Source of the DNA: Mobula hypostoma
Taxonomy: Eukaryota
Direction of reading: 5' to 3'
Assembly (NCBI RefSeq): GCF_963921235.1
Contig: NC_086109.1
Location: 5,270,001 to 5,334,000 of the forward strand
Length of the DNA stretch: 64,000 bases
This document shows, piece after piece, positions 26,403-39,100 of the stretch. Each line of letters opens with the position of its first letter. Position 1 is the first letter of the stretch. The position numbers and the translations under genes were made by a program. Below the pieces are notes generated by a model. It was not told where the DNA came from, ran no database searches, and saw only the letters and a program-made list of their open reading frames with translations.

Positions 26403-27559
26403 GCACCTTTCTTCTCAGTCTGTTCATGCATTGGAACAGAGAGAATTCCTGGTTGTAATAGTTCATTTGTAATGCTAAATCATACAAATATCTTGATTAA
26501 TGTGTGAAAGCTGTTCAAATCCTCTCAATGTTTATCCAGATGTAAAAGTTATGCTGACTGTGAAACTCCCAACTGCTCGAGTGTTCTGATCTTTGAAATG
26601 AATTCAAAGATTCAAAGGTACAATTTAATGTCAGAGCAGTGTATACAATATGGAATGCTTTTTCTTCACAATCATCCACAGAAACAGGATTGCTCCAAAG
26701 AATGAACAACAGTTAAATGTTAGAACCCCAAAGTCCCCCCCCCGCCAGCTCCCTTCCCTCCCACGCGTAAGCGGCAGCAAGCAATAATCCCTCTTCCCCA
26801 CCCCAGCAAAAAAAAGCATCGGCACCCACCACCGAGCACTCAAGCATGAGCAAAGCAACAGCAAAGTCACAGACTTGGAGATACCCGAAAACATGCGTTT
26901 CACCCGGTATTCGACATACCGCAGGTTCTCTCTTTCCCTAATAAGGCAGAAAGAGGTGTCTCCGTTTTCCCCAGTGAAAGGGGAGACATAACAAACAACT
27001 CACTGGTTTACGATGTTGAAAGTCTGCCACATTGCTTTTTCGAGCTCTGTGCCCAAAAAACTGGGCACACATCCGCAGATATTCCAACACCCCGATGACA
27101 CACGGATCTTCTGTCGTGACACTGACCCTCGATTTGCCCGTCTCCAGAGCCCCGAGACCCTAGGGTTCCAAATCCGAGCTGGACTCTTAGGCTGAGCCCT
27201 TGGTGTTGGTGTTCTAAACAATCTCAACATACCTTCCCCAAGATCAGAACAATTACAGCTAATTTCCATCAAACATTCAGTTCTTGCAACTGCAACTGCA
27301 GAATTCCTCGTGTTTGTATTTTTAATCTGTTATTTGTTTGTCTCCTTTGTTTTTTAATCTGTAACTCAATTGTTTCCCATTCAATTGGGTTTAGGGATAA
27401 ACCCACATTTCACTCTGACCATGTGAAATTTGGGTTAACATGGTAGAAATCTGGGCATCTTTATTTCAGATATGAGATGCCCGCATTTCAGAGGGACATA
27501 GCATTTGGGAAGCAATTCCAGAAGTTGTTGTTTTTGGGGTTTTTTTGTGACTGAATACC

Positions 27560-28620
27560 CAGTGACTAACTAGGAATGAGTGTGTTTGTATCTCCCTGCA
27601 TTACCAAGTGGCAAAGTGGTCAATGCTGACTTGTGCTGGGATATCCTACAATACATTCCCTATGTTAGCGTTAGAATTTGCACGTTGGACCAATGCGTCA
27701 CATTGCTGGATTCGTACTCCAGTGCTAAATGGAGGCCACTAATTTCAATCCATTTTGATGCCAGGGAAAATGGCCGTTGGGGGAAATGATCCAGCCTGTC
27801 AGGTTTTAGCACTCTATATTGGGGGGAGCCAGAAGGGAGTAGTCTATTGCAGCCAACTTCGACCCATTGTTTTGTAACAGGCTTGACTGTTAATAGCCCC
27901 TGGTGGAGTATATGGTTTAAGAGCTGGTATTTCCCCACGTACCGTTCATTTAACTGAAAGGTCCTGACTCTGAAAGTGATTTCCCCACCTGACAGGGAAC
28001 GTTGGTGTCAGTGGTATGATAACCACAGGTACAAGTCAGTGGATAGGGTGAGTGTGAGCAGGAACAATATCCTGGGACGGCTGTGTCTATACCAAATGGT
28101 GCTGTGAAGGTGGACACTCATTGGACACTGTATGGCACTTACTGGCTATGCAGCTCCTAGGCCTACCCTTGGCTTCCCACAATGTGGTGCAGCCTCTGCT
28201 GACTGGGATACCTGGTGCTATACGCATACCACCCCAGTGCTCTGGATGAGCACTTTACCCATGCTGGTTGGGTAAAGAGGGTTATTACAAAGGAAGGAAG
28301 GTTATGGATGATAGCCTTTCCCAGCTTGATGTGGCCAGGCTGTCCTGGGATATCATGGCCTTAGATTACCTGCTCACTAAGGAAGATGGCACTTGTACCC
28401 TTATTGGCTGAGAATGCTGCACCTATATTCCTGACGGGTCAGGGAACATCATTCACCTGACTGTTCACATCTGAGAGTTGGTGTATAGGATTAGGTGGAG
28501 CACTAGCTCCTTGGCTCTAACACTGCGGAGAAGACTGGTGGCCTACGCACGGGGTGGGTTGACTATTGGTTTTTCAGTACTGGGTATTGTGCCTTTATGT
28601 TTCATTTGTAGCTTAGTAGA
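27560..28620 (+). pseudogene. Endogenous retrovirus env remnant (gamma-type TM)
   Basis: GTYWLC..AYPWLP; VKR/VITKEGRLWMIAFP; ISD + CX6CC as MALDYLLTKEDGTCTLIG*ECCTYIPD from 28355; hydrophobic anchor LTIGFSVLGIVPLCFICSL. Confidence 0.8.
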
Positions 28621-28664
28621 GAGCTCACAAGGAACATATCAGTTTAAGGGTCAAATTGGCGCAG

Positions 28665-29090
28665 TGTCACGACTTTGGTGAGGTGAAATGCCATGCGGGG
28701 GTTTGGCTTATTTGGCAGTCAAATGCAGCCTCAACCATGTCAAATGTTGATGGGCCCATTTGAGACCTGTAGCAGCTTTTCCCATTGATTGCCTTGTGTG
28801 TCACAGCTCTGGTACCCAGTTTCAAACACCCCGGTGTAAAGAATAGCACGTGCTGGAGGCTTACTCTCTTTCCTTTGATCCCAGGGCACGCCTCACAGAA
28901 CCATTGGGAAGGGTTGCTCCGCGCGCACTTGTAGCGAAGTATCTGTTTGATGAATGTTTAGTTTTGCAGATTGTATCACTTGGGGGATCTTAAATGTTTG
29001 TTCTAATTTTTAACTGTTCGTAAATAAATGCTATTTGTCGTGTCTGTTTTCTGTCTCAAGCACCCAACCTGGAAATCTGCTTCCACATTA
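28665..29090 (+). mobile_element. ERV LTR downstream of env
   Basis: Starts TGTCACGA; cccattgattgccttgtgtg core shared with other LTR-like copies; AATAAA at ~29023. Confidence 0.6.
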
Positions 29091-29994
29091 CTGAAGGCAC
29101 GAAAATGGCGTTGAAATGGATGATATGTTAGCCATGATAGAATGGTGTGGCAGACTCTATGGGCCAATCTTGATCCTATATTATGTGTTCTTGGCATTTG
29201 TCTAGTGATCTGAAGGACGCTAGTTCGAGCCTTGGCTAAGGCAGCGTGTTGTGTCCTTGAGCAAGGCACTTAACCATACAGTGCTCTGCGACGACACCGG
29301 TGCCAAGCTGTATGGGTCCTAATGCCCTTCCCTTGGACAACATCGGTGGCGTGGAGAGGGGAGACTTGCAGCATGGGCAGCTGCTGGTCTTCCATACAAC
29401 CTTGCCTAGGCCTGCGCCCTGGAAACCTTCCAAGGCGCAAATCCATGGTCTCACGAGGCTGACGGATGCCTATTTCTGCAGTAGTTTGCTTTTATAGAAG
29501 GTCTTGATACTCGTTATTTGCAAAAACTTCAGTGTGTTGCTTAAAGAACAATTTATAAAAGTCATTACATAGGTATTAATTTGTGTACCGAATGACAACT
29601 GATCACTGGGATTTGTAGAATCCAGACTTTAATGGCAGAAGTTGAAGAGGTTGGTGGACATTGACAATGATTTTGGAGACACAAGAGACAGGTGCTGGAA
29701 TCTGGAGCAGCAAGAAAATGCTTGTTTGTAGTCAATATTTTTGTCTTATTCACCAAACCTGGGAACCTGCTTCTGTTTGGCACTGCAAGCAGTGTTTGCT
29801 GATTGAGCCAGAAAATGCTTATTTAAGAGAGAGGACCCCCCTCCCCAACCCCTTTATGAATCTGAAGCAACAACGAAATGCTGAGCAAACTCAGTAGGTT
29901 AGATAGCATCTGTGGAAGACAGAAGGATGGTCATCATTTTTGGCTGAAATCCTGCATCTGAGTTTGATTCTTCCGATTCAAGCTCAGCTCCATA

Positions 29995-30000
29995 TTTAAT
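29995..30000 (-). terminator. Poly(A) signal ATTAAA, copy C
   Basis: Same position relative to the stop as in copy B. Confidence 0.55.
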
Positions 30001-30054
30001 TGTAAATATTGATTCTGATTTAAGATCCATAACAAGTCCTTCACGACTGCCTGT

Positions 30055-30173
30055 TTATGATTCAGAATTTGCATAGCATCCTTCAGCTGGGCAAATGCAG
30101 GTGAAATTGTTGATTCCGTCTACACAAGTCGTTCCTGGTGGGCATGCGGGCGTTAAGTCACACTCATTGATAT
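30055..30173 (-). CDS. Copy C terminal exon 5, cbEGF then stop
   Basis: [39 protein letters not shown]; matches C-x-D-x4-F-x-C-x-C hydroxylation pattern. Confidence 0.9.
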
Positions 30174-33100
30174 CTGGAACAGCAACAAAGTAAATTTATT
30201 ATCAAAGTACATATATGTCATGATACAGCTGCCCTGAGCTTCATTTTCCTGTGGGCATTCACAGAGAATACAAAGAAACACAATAGAATCAATGAAAAAC
30301 TGCCCTCGACAAAGACGGGCAACCAAACAATGTGCAAAAGACAACAAACTGTACTAATAGATAAAAAAGAAACAACAATAATAAAAATAAACAAGCAATA
30401 AACATCCATAAACCTGAGTTGTAGAGTCTTTAAAAGTGAGTCCACAGGTCAGTGTTGGAGTGCGTGATGAACCCTTTTGGTTCAAGAGTCTGATGGTTGA
30501 GTGGTAATAATCGTTCCTGAACTTTGTGACGTGGGACTTGAGGCTCCCGTACCTTATAACACCCTTTCTTTTCCAGATCCCTGCTCCCCTGTCTTTGACG
30601 ATCGCTCGATCCTGTTCCATCAGCTGTTGACAAAGGGCACTGGTGCCAAAACCTTACACAGTAGACCCTCAGGAGTTCCACTCCATTGTCGCCAACTCTG
30701 ATCCAAGAAACTACTGGGCAGCAAGCAGTCCCAGAGTAGAGTCATTGCATTTCACAGCAGAGATACAGGCTCTTTGGCCCAACTCTGCCATGCTAACCAT
30801 GGTGCCCATTGTTTGCTCCATAAACTTCTAAAACATTGCTGTCCATCTACCTGTCCAACCGTCTTCTAAACATACGGTAAACCCATGCAAGACAGGGTGT
30901 TTGAGCCCCAATGCTACTCTCAGATACCATAACCCATCATAGTTCTGATCAAGATATTACTGCTTCCTAATGTCTACAGTCAGGATTCATCGCTTGAGAA
31001 TGAAAATTCTCCTACCTGTTTCACAGAAGGTTCCATTAAATCCTCCGAGACATTTACATTGTACTCCCGTGGCGGTGTTCTGACAGGTCCCATTATTTTG
31101 GCAGGTAGTTGAATTACACTTCTGCCTGGCTGGAAATTGGAAGTGAAATTGAGGAGTTTTATTTCTGCATGACAGAAAGGGGAGCAAAAGACGTCCAGTA
31201 TCGCAGGAATCCGAGTGGATTGAAATCTTTATCCTGGTCTTTGTAATTCTAATTAAAAATCCATTACTGCAGTATACAATCTACACAAGTCCATCAAAAA
31301 AACACAGAAAATACATGTAAATAAATGTTCTGAATGAAATAGGTCCCTGATTCTTTAGCCAGAGGGTGGAGAGTCTGTGGAGTTCATTGCCACAGACAGC
31401 TGTGGTGGCCAAGTCATTTGGTTATATTTAAAGTGGAGGTTACTGGGTTCTTGATCAGTCAGGGCATCAAAGTTTGCAAGGAGAAGGCAGGTAAATGTGG
31501 TTGAGAGGGATAGTAAATCAGCCATGGCTAGATTGGCATAATTCTGCTCCTATGCCTTATGGTTTTATACCTTAATATTCATCCACACATTCCATTTTGA
31601 ATCTTGTTAGTTAAGAAGATTAAAACACATGCCATTGTCAACTGTAGGACTATAGATCAGTGAGGAACAGAGCACAGGAACCAGCCCTATTACAGCTCGG
31701 AGCAACAGAGTTCAGAGTTCACTTCTGACGCTCACTGTAAGAAGATTGTACGTCATTCCCATGAGTGCATGGATTTCCACCGGGCTCTCCAGTTTCCTCC
31801 CACAGGACAATTTAGTAGATTAGCAGGTTCGTTGTAAATTGACCTGGGATTAGGCCTGGGTTAAATCGGAGCATTGCTGGGCAGTGCAGCTTGTGGAACA
31901 CGAAAGGGCTGGTGTGCACTGTATTTCTTGGAATGCAGAAGATTGGGTTGGTCTACTGCTAGAGATCATGGGTTAAGGGTGAAAGGTGAAAAGTTGAAGG
32001 GGAACATGAGGGGAAACTTTTTCACTCAGAGGATCATGAGAGTGTGGAATGAGCAGCCAAAGCAAGTGGTGCATGCGAGCTCAATTTCAATGTTTAAGAG
32101 AAGTTTGTATGGTAGGGACATGGAGGGCTATAGTCCCAGTGTAGGTCAATGAGACTAGGCAGTTTAAATGGTTCAGCATAGACTAGATGAGCTTTCTGTG
32201 CTGTTATTTTCTATGACTCATAAATAAATAAATAAACAAACAAACAGTGGCAACTTTCCACTTCCCTTTTGTCCCGATGCGGGGTCTTGATCCAGAATAT
32301 CGACTCACACCTTCTGCCAACACAGATACTGCTTGGCCCACTGAGTCTTCCCAGCGTTCTGTACAACATGATGTTTATTTTCCTTGACAACCTTTAATCT
32401 TTCTTTCCATTAAAATCAGCGCATGAAGGGAAAGTTGTCTCATTGGTGGCTAGAACTTGCATTCCTTAAAGTGAAAGTCCCGGCTTTGTGAGAATGGTAA
32501 AATGGAGAACCACATACCTATGTAGAGTTTCCAGAAGGATTCCTTAAAGAGTAAAAAGAGAAATACATTAATAACAATTGGCCTTAGTTCAATATCTGGT
32601 GAGGACATTATTGGTGGCTTTGTCTCAGACGACAGTGAATGGGAACAGAAGCAGACACTGCTGGCAATGCTGAGCAGGATCTTTGGAAGAAGGAAAGTGG
32701 TCACCATCACACTTTGATCACCGGACCAGCTTCATAAGACCACAAGATATAGGAACAGAATTAGACCATTCGTCCCAACGAGTTTGCTCATGTCTGATTT
32801 ATTATCCCTCTCAACTTCATTCTCCTACCTTCTTCCCGGAAGATGAATATTCATGTGAATACTTTAATACATCAACTGGTTTCATGCATTATTAGATTAA
32901 TGAATACATAGAATGGGCGAGACTGTCCCTGGAGAAAAAAGTTCAGTTTTGGTCACCCTACTATAGGAAAATTGTCATTAAGTTGAAAAAAGTGCAAAAA
33001 TTGATTTATTTCGTTACTGAGATACATCGCAGAATCGGCCCTTCTGGCCCATTGAGCCACACTGGCCAGCAAACCCCCGCTTTAATCTAAGCCTGATCAT

Positions 33101-36100
33101 CAGACAATTTACAATGACCAAATGACCCAACTACTGGTGGGTCTTTGGACTCTGGGAGGAAACCAGAGCACCTGGAGGAAAGCCGTATGGTCATGGGGAG
33201 AATGTACAAACTCCTTACAGGCAGAGGTGGGAATTGAACCCTGGCCTCCTGTACTGTACAGCATTGTGCTAACCACTACACTACTGTCCCCAAGACTTTT
33301 ACACAGTACTGTACTGTATGTTCATTTTTTTGTTAATGTTAACTTACATTTGACCACTCCACCTTGAATCTATGCCCACTACTTCTTGATTCCCTAACTT
33401 GTAGATGTAATAAGCCATTGACTGAGTTACAGAGAGAGGTTGAACGGAGTACATGATCATAAAACATAAAAGAAGATTTAGGCCATTCAGCCTATAGTCT
33501 CCACCATTCCATCATGGCTGAATTACTATCCCTCTCAACATCATTCTCCTGCCTTCTCCCTATAATCTTTGAGGCCCTTATTAACCAAGAACCTATCAAC
33601 CTCCACTTTAAATATACGCAATGACTTGGCCTCCACAGCCGTCTGTGGCATTGAATTCCACAGATTGTCTGGTTAAAGAAATTACGGCTCATCTTTGTTC
33701 TAAAAAGATTTTGAAGTTGTCCTGGACTCCCCCACTATAGGAAGACATCAGATACAGAAATTCAGAGAATAAAGCTCAGGTACAATCCCAGTGGCTCACG
33801 ATGCTGAGCCAAGGTAGGTTATTTGGTAACTAAGTGCTTAACTAAACCAGTCCATGCTCCCTTGACATTGTCATATTCTTACATTCTCTGCATACTTATG
33901 TGGCTATCTAAGAGTCTGTTAAGTCTCTTTAACATATCTACCTCCACTACCACTCCTGGCAGCAGAGGAAACACAACCACCACGCTTTGTTTTATAGAAA
34001 CCTGATTCACAACATCCCCTTTGAACATTCCCCTTCTTGACCCCCTCGTATTAGATGTTTTGTACTCAGGGTCAAAGATACAGGATCTCTACACTGTCTG
34101 TGCCTCTTGTAATTGTTTAAAATTCTATCAAGTCTCCCTCCAGCCTCCGCCGCTTCAGACAAAACAGTCCAAGTTTGTCCAAGCTCTCCTTACAGCACCT
34201 GCTCTCTAATCCAGGCTGCATCTGGTGAACCTCTTCTGCACACTGTCCAAATCTTTCCTATAAATGGGTTGGCTAGAAAAGAATGCAATATGCCAGATGT
34301 GGCCTCAGCAGAGCTTTATAAAGCCGCAACATTACATTCTGACTCTCGAACTGAATGCCTTGACCAATAAAGACAAGCATGCAAAATGTCTTCTTAACCT
34401 CCCTATCAACCCGTGCAGTCACTTTGAGAGCTATGAACTTGGACCCCACAATCCACCTGGCATTTCCCATTTTTATTTCAGATTTCTGACACCTTCAGCT
34501 TTTATTAGATTGCCATTTATGTGCCCATAAGACCAGAAGACAAAGGAGCCAAGTTAGGCCATTCAGCCCATCGAGTCTCCTCCAACATTCCATTATGACT
34601 GATTTATTATCCCTCTCAACCCCATTCTCCTGCCTTCTCCTGTAACCTTTGATGCCTTGACAAATCGAGAACCTATCAATCTCCACTTGGAATATATCCG
34701 AAGACTGGGCCTCCACAGCTGTCTGTGGTGATGAATTCCGGAGATTCACCACCCTCTGGATAAGGAAGTTCCTCCTCACCTCTGTTTTGTAGGAATGTCC
34801 TCATATTCTGAGGCTGTGCTCTTTGGTCCTAGATTCTCCCCACTGTAGGAACCCTGTCCACTGTACCTAGGCACTTCAATATTCAATATGTTAATGAAGG
34901 GGCTGCCACATGGAGGTGAACTATATTGTCCTTTGTAAGACCTGACTGACATTGGTCAGCCTGGTGAGGTCATTGAAGACTCTATGGGTAGTGGTAGACA
35001 TGATAATGATGTTCCTCGGTCTTGGTTTTAGTTAGCTTTCTTCTCTCGAGTCTCCTTCCTCTTGTGTCCACCCATCAAAGTGATGGATCCTCCCACCAGT
35101 AGGACAAGGTGGAGTTTATGAGGTGAGATGAACTGTGTCATCCTCCAGTAGTGGACAGACTGAAAATACACTGCATGGGTTGCCTCATGGTCTTGGGTAT
35201 GTAACATCAAAGGATACGGGAAGAAGGGAGGAGAACGAGGTTGAGAGGGTTAAGAAATTAGCCATGATTCATGGAACAGACTTGATGGGCCAAATGGCCT
35301 AATTCTGCTCCTCTGTCTTATCGTCTTATTATCCTGACCCTTTGAACTACTTGAGCAGACAATGAATGAGACAACAGGCTGGAACGTGCAAATCATCATC
35401 ATCATCATCATCATGAGCCATGCCGTACTGTATGATGTTGGCGATCATGGGCTTTCCATGACCATGATTGTTCTTGGCTAATTTTTCCACAGGCGTTGCT
35501 TTCATTGCTTTCTTCTGGGCAGTGTCTTTAAAGGATGCGTGACCCCAGCCATTATCAATACGCTTCAGAGACAGTCAGTGGTCACATAACCAGAATTTGT
35601 GATATGCACCAGCTGCTCATACAACCATCCACCACCTGCTTCCAGGACTTCACATGACTCTGATCGGGGGACTAAGCAGGTGCTATACCTTGCCCAAGGG
35701 TGACCTGCAGGCTAGCAGAGGGAAGAAGCGCTTTACACCTCTTTCGGTAGAGACATATCTCAACACTGCCACCCAAGGAGGGGGAGAAAAAGCAAGGACT
35801 AAATTGGACCTAGAAATTTCATCCTTACCACTTTGAAATCATCTTCAAAAATCTCTTGGACTTCTTCCTTTGAGCATGTTTCTTCCACGCACTCTCGCTC
35901 CAGGTTCCCTTCTCTAAGCTCTTCTGCAAACTGGTTTGTTCTGGGGACTCGAGACAGGAGCTGCAGAGCCGAAGGTTTCTGTAGAAAGACTCAATAACAC
36001 ATCCACAGTATTAAACATCTGGCGCCTGTATGCTGACGGAATTGTGTCATGATGTCAGACCACTGCCTCCAAAATGGTGGGTACCCACACTGAGATTGGA

Positions 36101-39100
36101 ACTGTATAAAGGCTGATAGTTTCTTCATGAGAGGTGAAAATGGGTAAGGCCAGCCAACAGGAGGTCATCATGGCCTATGCTCCATAGAACATAGCAGAGA
36201 AATAGGCCTATAACATTGTGCCAAAGCACCATCCCAGACATCCACCACTCCCTCACATCCCCTTTCAACCTATCTGCTCTCACCTTCAATGTTTGCCCTT
36301 TGGTACTTGATATTTCAGCCTCTGTCTATGCGTCTCACAATCTTGTAGTCCTCTATCAGATCTCCCTTCAGCCTCCGCCGCCCCAGGAAATACAACCCAC
36401 ATTTGTCCAGTCTTTCATGATAGCACATGCCCTCTAAACCAGGCAGAATCCAGGTAAACCTCTTCTGCACCCTCTCCAAAGCCTCAACATCCTATAGTGG
36501 GGCGACCAGAACCGTACACAATACTCCAGATGTCGCCGACTCAATGTTTTATAAAGTTGCAACATAACCTCTTGAATTTTGAACTCAGTGCCTGGACTAC
36601 TAAAAGCAAGCATTCCCTAAACCTTCTTAACCATCCTATCAACCTGCGTAGCCACTTTCAAGGAGCTATGATCTTGGATCCCAAGATCTCTCTGCTCAGT
36701 AAGACTGTTAAGGATTTTGCCCTTAACAGTGTACTGTCTCCATAAGACCATAAGACCATAAGACAGAAGTCGGCCATTCAGCCCATCAAGTCTGCTCCGC
36801 CATTTTATCATGAGCTGATCCATTCTCCCATTTAGTCCCACTCCCCCACCTTCTCACCATAACCTTTGATGCCCTGGCTACTCAGATACCTATCAATCTC
36901 TGCCTTAAATACACCCAATGATTTGGCCTCCACTGCTGCCCGTGGCAACAAATTTCATAGATTCACTACCCTCTGACTCAAAAGTTTCTTTGCATTTCTG
37001 TTCTGAATGGGCGCCCTTCAATCCTTAAGTCATGCCCTCTCGTACAAGACTCCCCCATCATGGGAAACAACTTTGCCACATCCACTCTGTCCATGCCTAT
37101 CAACATTCGAAATGTTTTTATGAGGTCTCCCCTCGTTCTTCTAAACTCCAAGGAATACAGTCCAAGAGCGGACAAACGTTCCTCATATGTTAACCCTCTC
37201 ATTCCCGGAATCATTCTAGTGAATCTTCTCTGTACCCTCTCCAACATCAGCACATCCTTTCTTAAGTAAGGAGACCAAAACTGCCCACAGTACTCCAAGT
37301 GAGGTCTCACCAGCACCTTATAGAGCCTCAACATCACATCCCTGCTCCTATACTCTGTTCCTCCAGAAATGAATGCCAACATTGCATTCGCCTTCTTCAC
37401 TACTGACTCAACCTGGAGGTTAACCTTAAGGGTATCCTGTACAAGGACTCCCAAGTCCCGTTGCATCTCTGAACTTTGAATTCTTTCCTCATTTAAATAA
37501 TAGTCTGCCCGTTTATTTTTTCTGCCAAAGTGCATAACCATACACTTTCCAACATTGTACTTCATTTGCCACTTCTCTGCCCATTCTTCCAATCTATCCA
37601 AGTCTCTCTACAGTCTCTCCATTTCCTCAGCACTACTGGCCTCTCCACCTATCTTCGTATCGTCAGCAAACTTAGCCACAAAACCATCTATTCCATAATC
37701 CAAATCGTTGATGTACAATGTAAAAAGAAGCGGCCCCAACACGGATCCCTGTGGATACCACTGGTAACCGGCAGTCAACCAGAATAGGATCCCTTTATTC
37801 CCGCTCTCTGTTTCCTGCCAATCAGCCAACACTCTATCCACGTATGTAACTTTTCCATAATTCCATGGGCTCTTATCTTGTTAAGTAGCCTTGTGTGTGG
37901 CACCTTGTCAAAGGTGTATTTGCATTTGCGCTACTGAGATGCAACACATAAGAACATAAAAAATGGGAGCAGGAGTCGGCCACCTGGCCGGTCAAGCCTG
38001 CTCCACCATTCAATAAGATCGTGGCTGATCTGGCCATGGACTCATCTCCATCTACCTCCCTTTTCCCCTTAACCCTTGTGCAAAAATCCATCTAACCTTA
38101 TCTTAAATATATTTACTGATGTAGCCTCCACTGCTTCATTGTGCAGAGAATCCCACAGATTCACCACTCCCTGGGAAAAGCAGTTCCTCCTCATCTCCGT
38201 CCTAAATCTACTCCCCCGCATCTTGAGGCTGTGTCCCTTAGTTCTAGTCTCACCTACCAGTGGAAACAACTTTCCTGCTTCTATCTTATTTATCCCTTTC
38301 ATAATTTTATACGTTTCTATAAGATCTCCTCTCATTCTTCTGAATTCCAGCAAGAATAGCCCCAAGAACTCAATCTCTCCTCAGTCTAACCCCCCCCCCC
38401 TCATCTCTGGAATCAAGCCGGTGAACCTCCTCTGTACTGCCTTCAAAGCCAGTATATCCTTCTTCAAGTAAGGAAACCAGAACTGCACGCAGTACTCCAG
38501 GTGTGGTCTCATCAGTACCCTGTACAGTTGCAGAATAACCTCTCTGTTCTTAAATTCAATCCCTCTAACAATGAAGGCCAACATTCCATTTGCCTTCTTG
38601 ACAGCCTGCTGCACCTGCAAACCCACCGTTTGTGATTCATGCACAAGCACTGCCAAGTCCCTCTGCACAGCAGCATGCTGTAATTTTTTTACCATTTAAT
38701 TAATAATCTGATCTTTAATTTTCCTTCCAAAGTGGATGACTTCGCATTTACCAGATGTGCTTCATCTGCCCGACCCTTGCCCATTCACTTAATCTACCTA
38801 CATCTCTCTGCAGACTGTCTGTATCTTCTGCACAATTTGCTTTTCCACTGAATTTAGTATCATCAGCAAACTGAGATACACTACACTCGGTCCCCTCTTC
38901 TAGATTGTTAATGTACGAGGTCCAGCACCAACCCCTGTGGCACACCGCTCTCACTGATTGCCAACCAGAGTAACACCCATGTATCCAAACTCTCTGCTTT
39001 CTAATCATATATCCATGCTAATACATCACCCCCAACTCTATGCATCCCTATCTTATGGATAAGTCTTTCATGGGGCACCTTATCGAACACCTTCTGGAAA

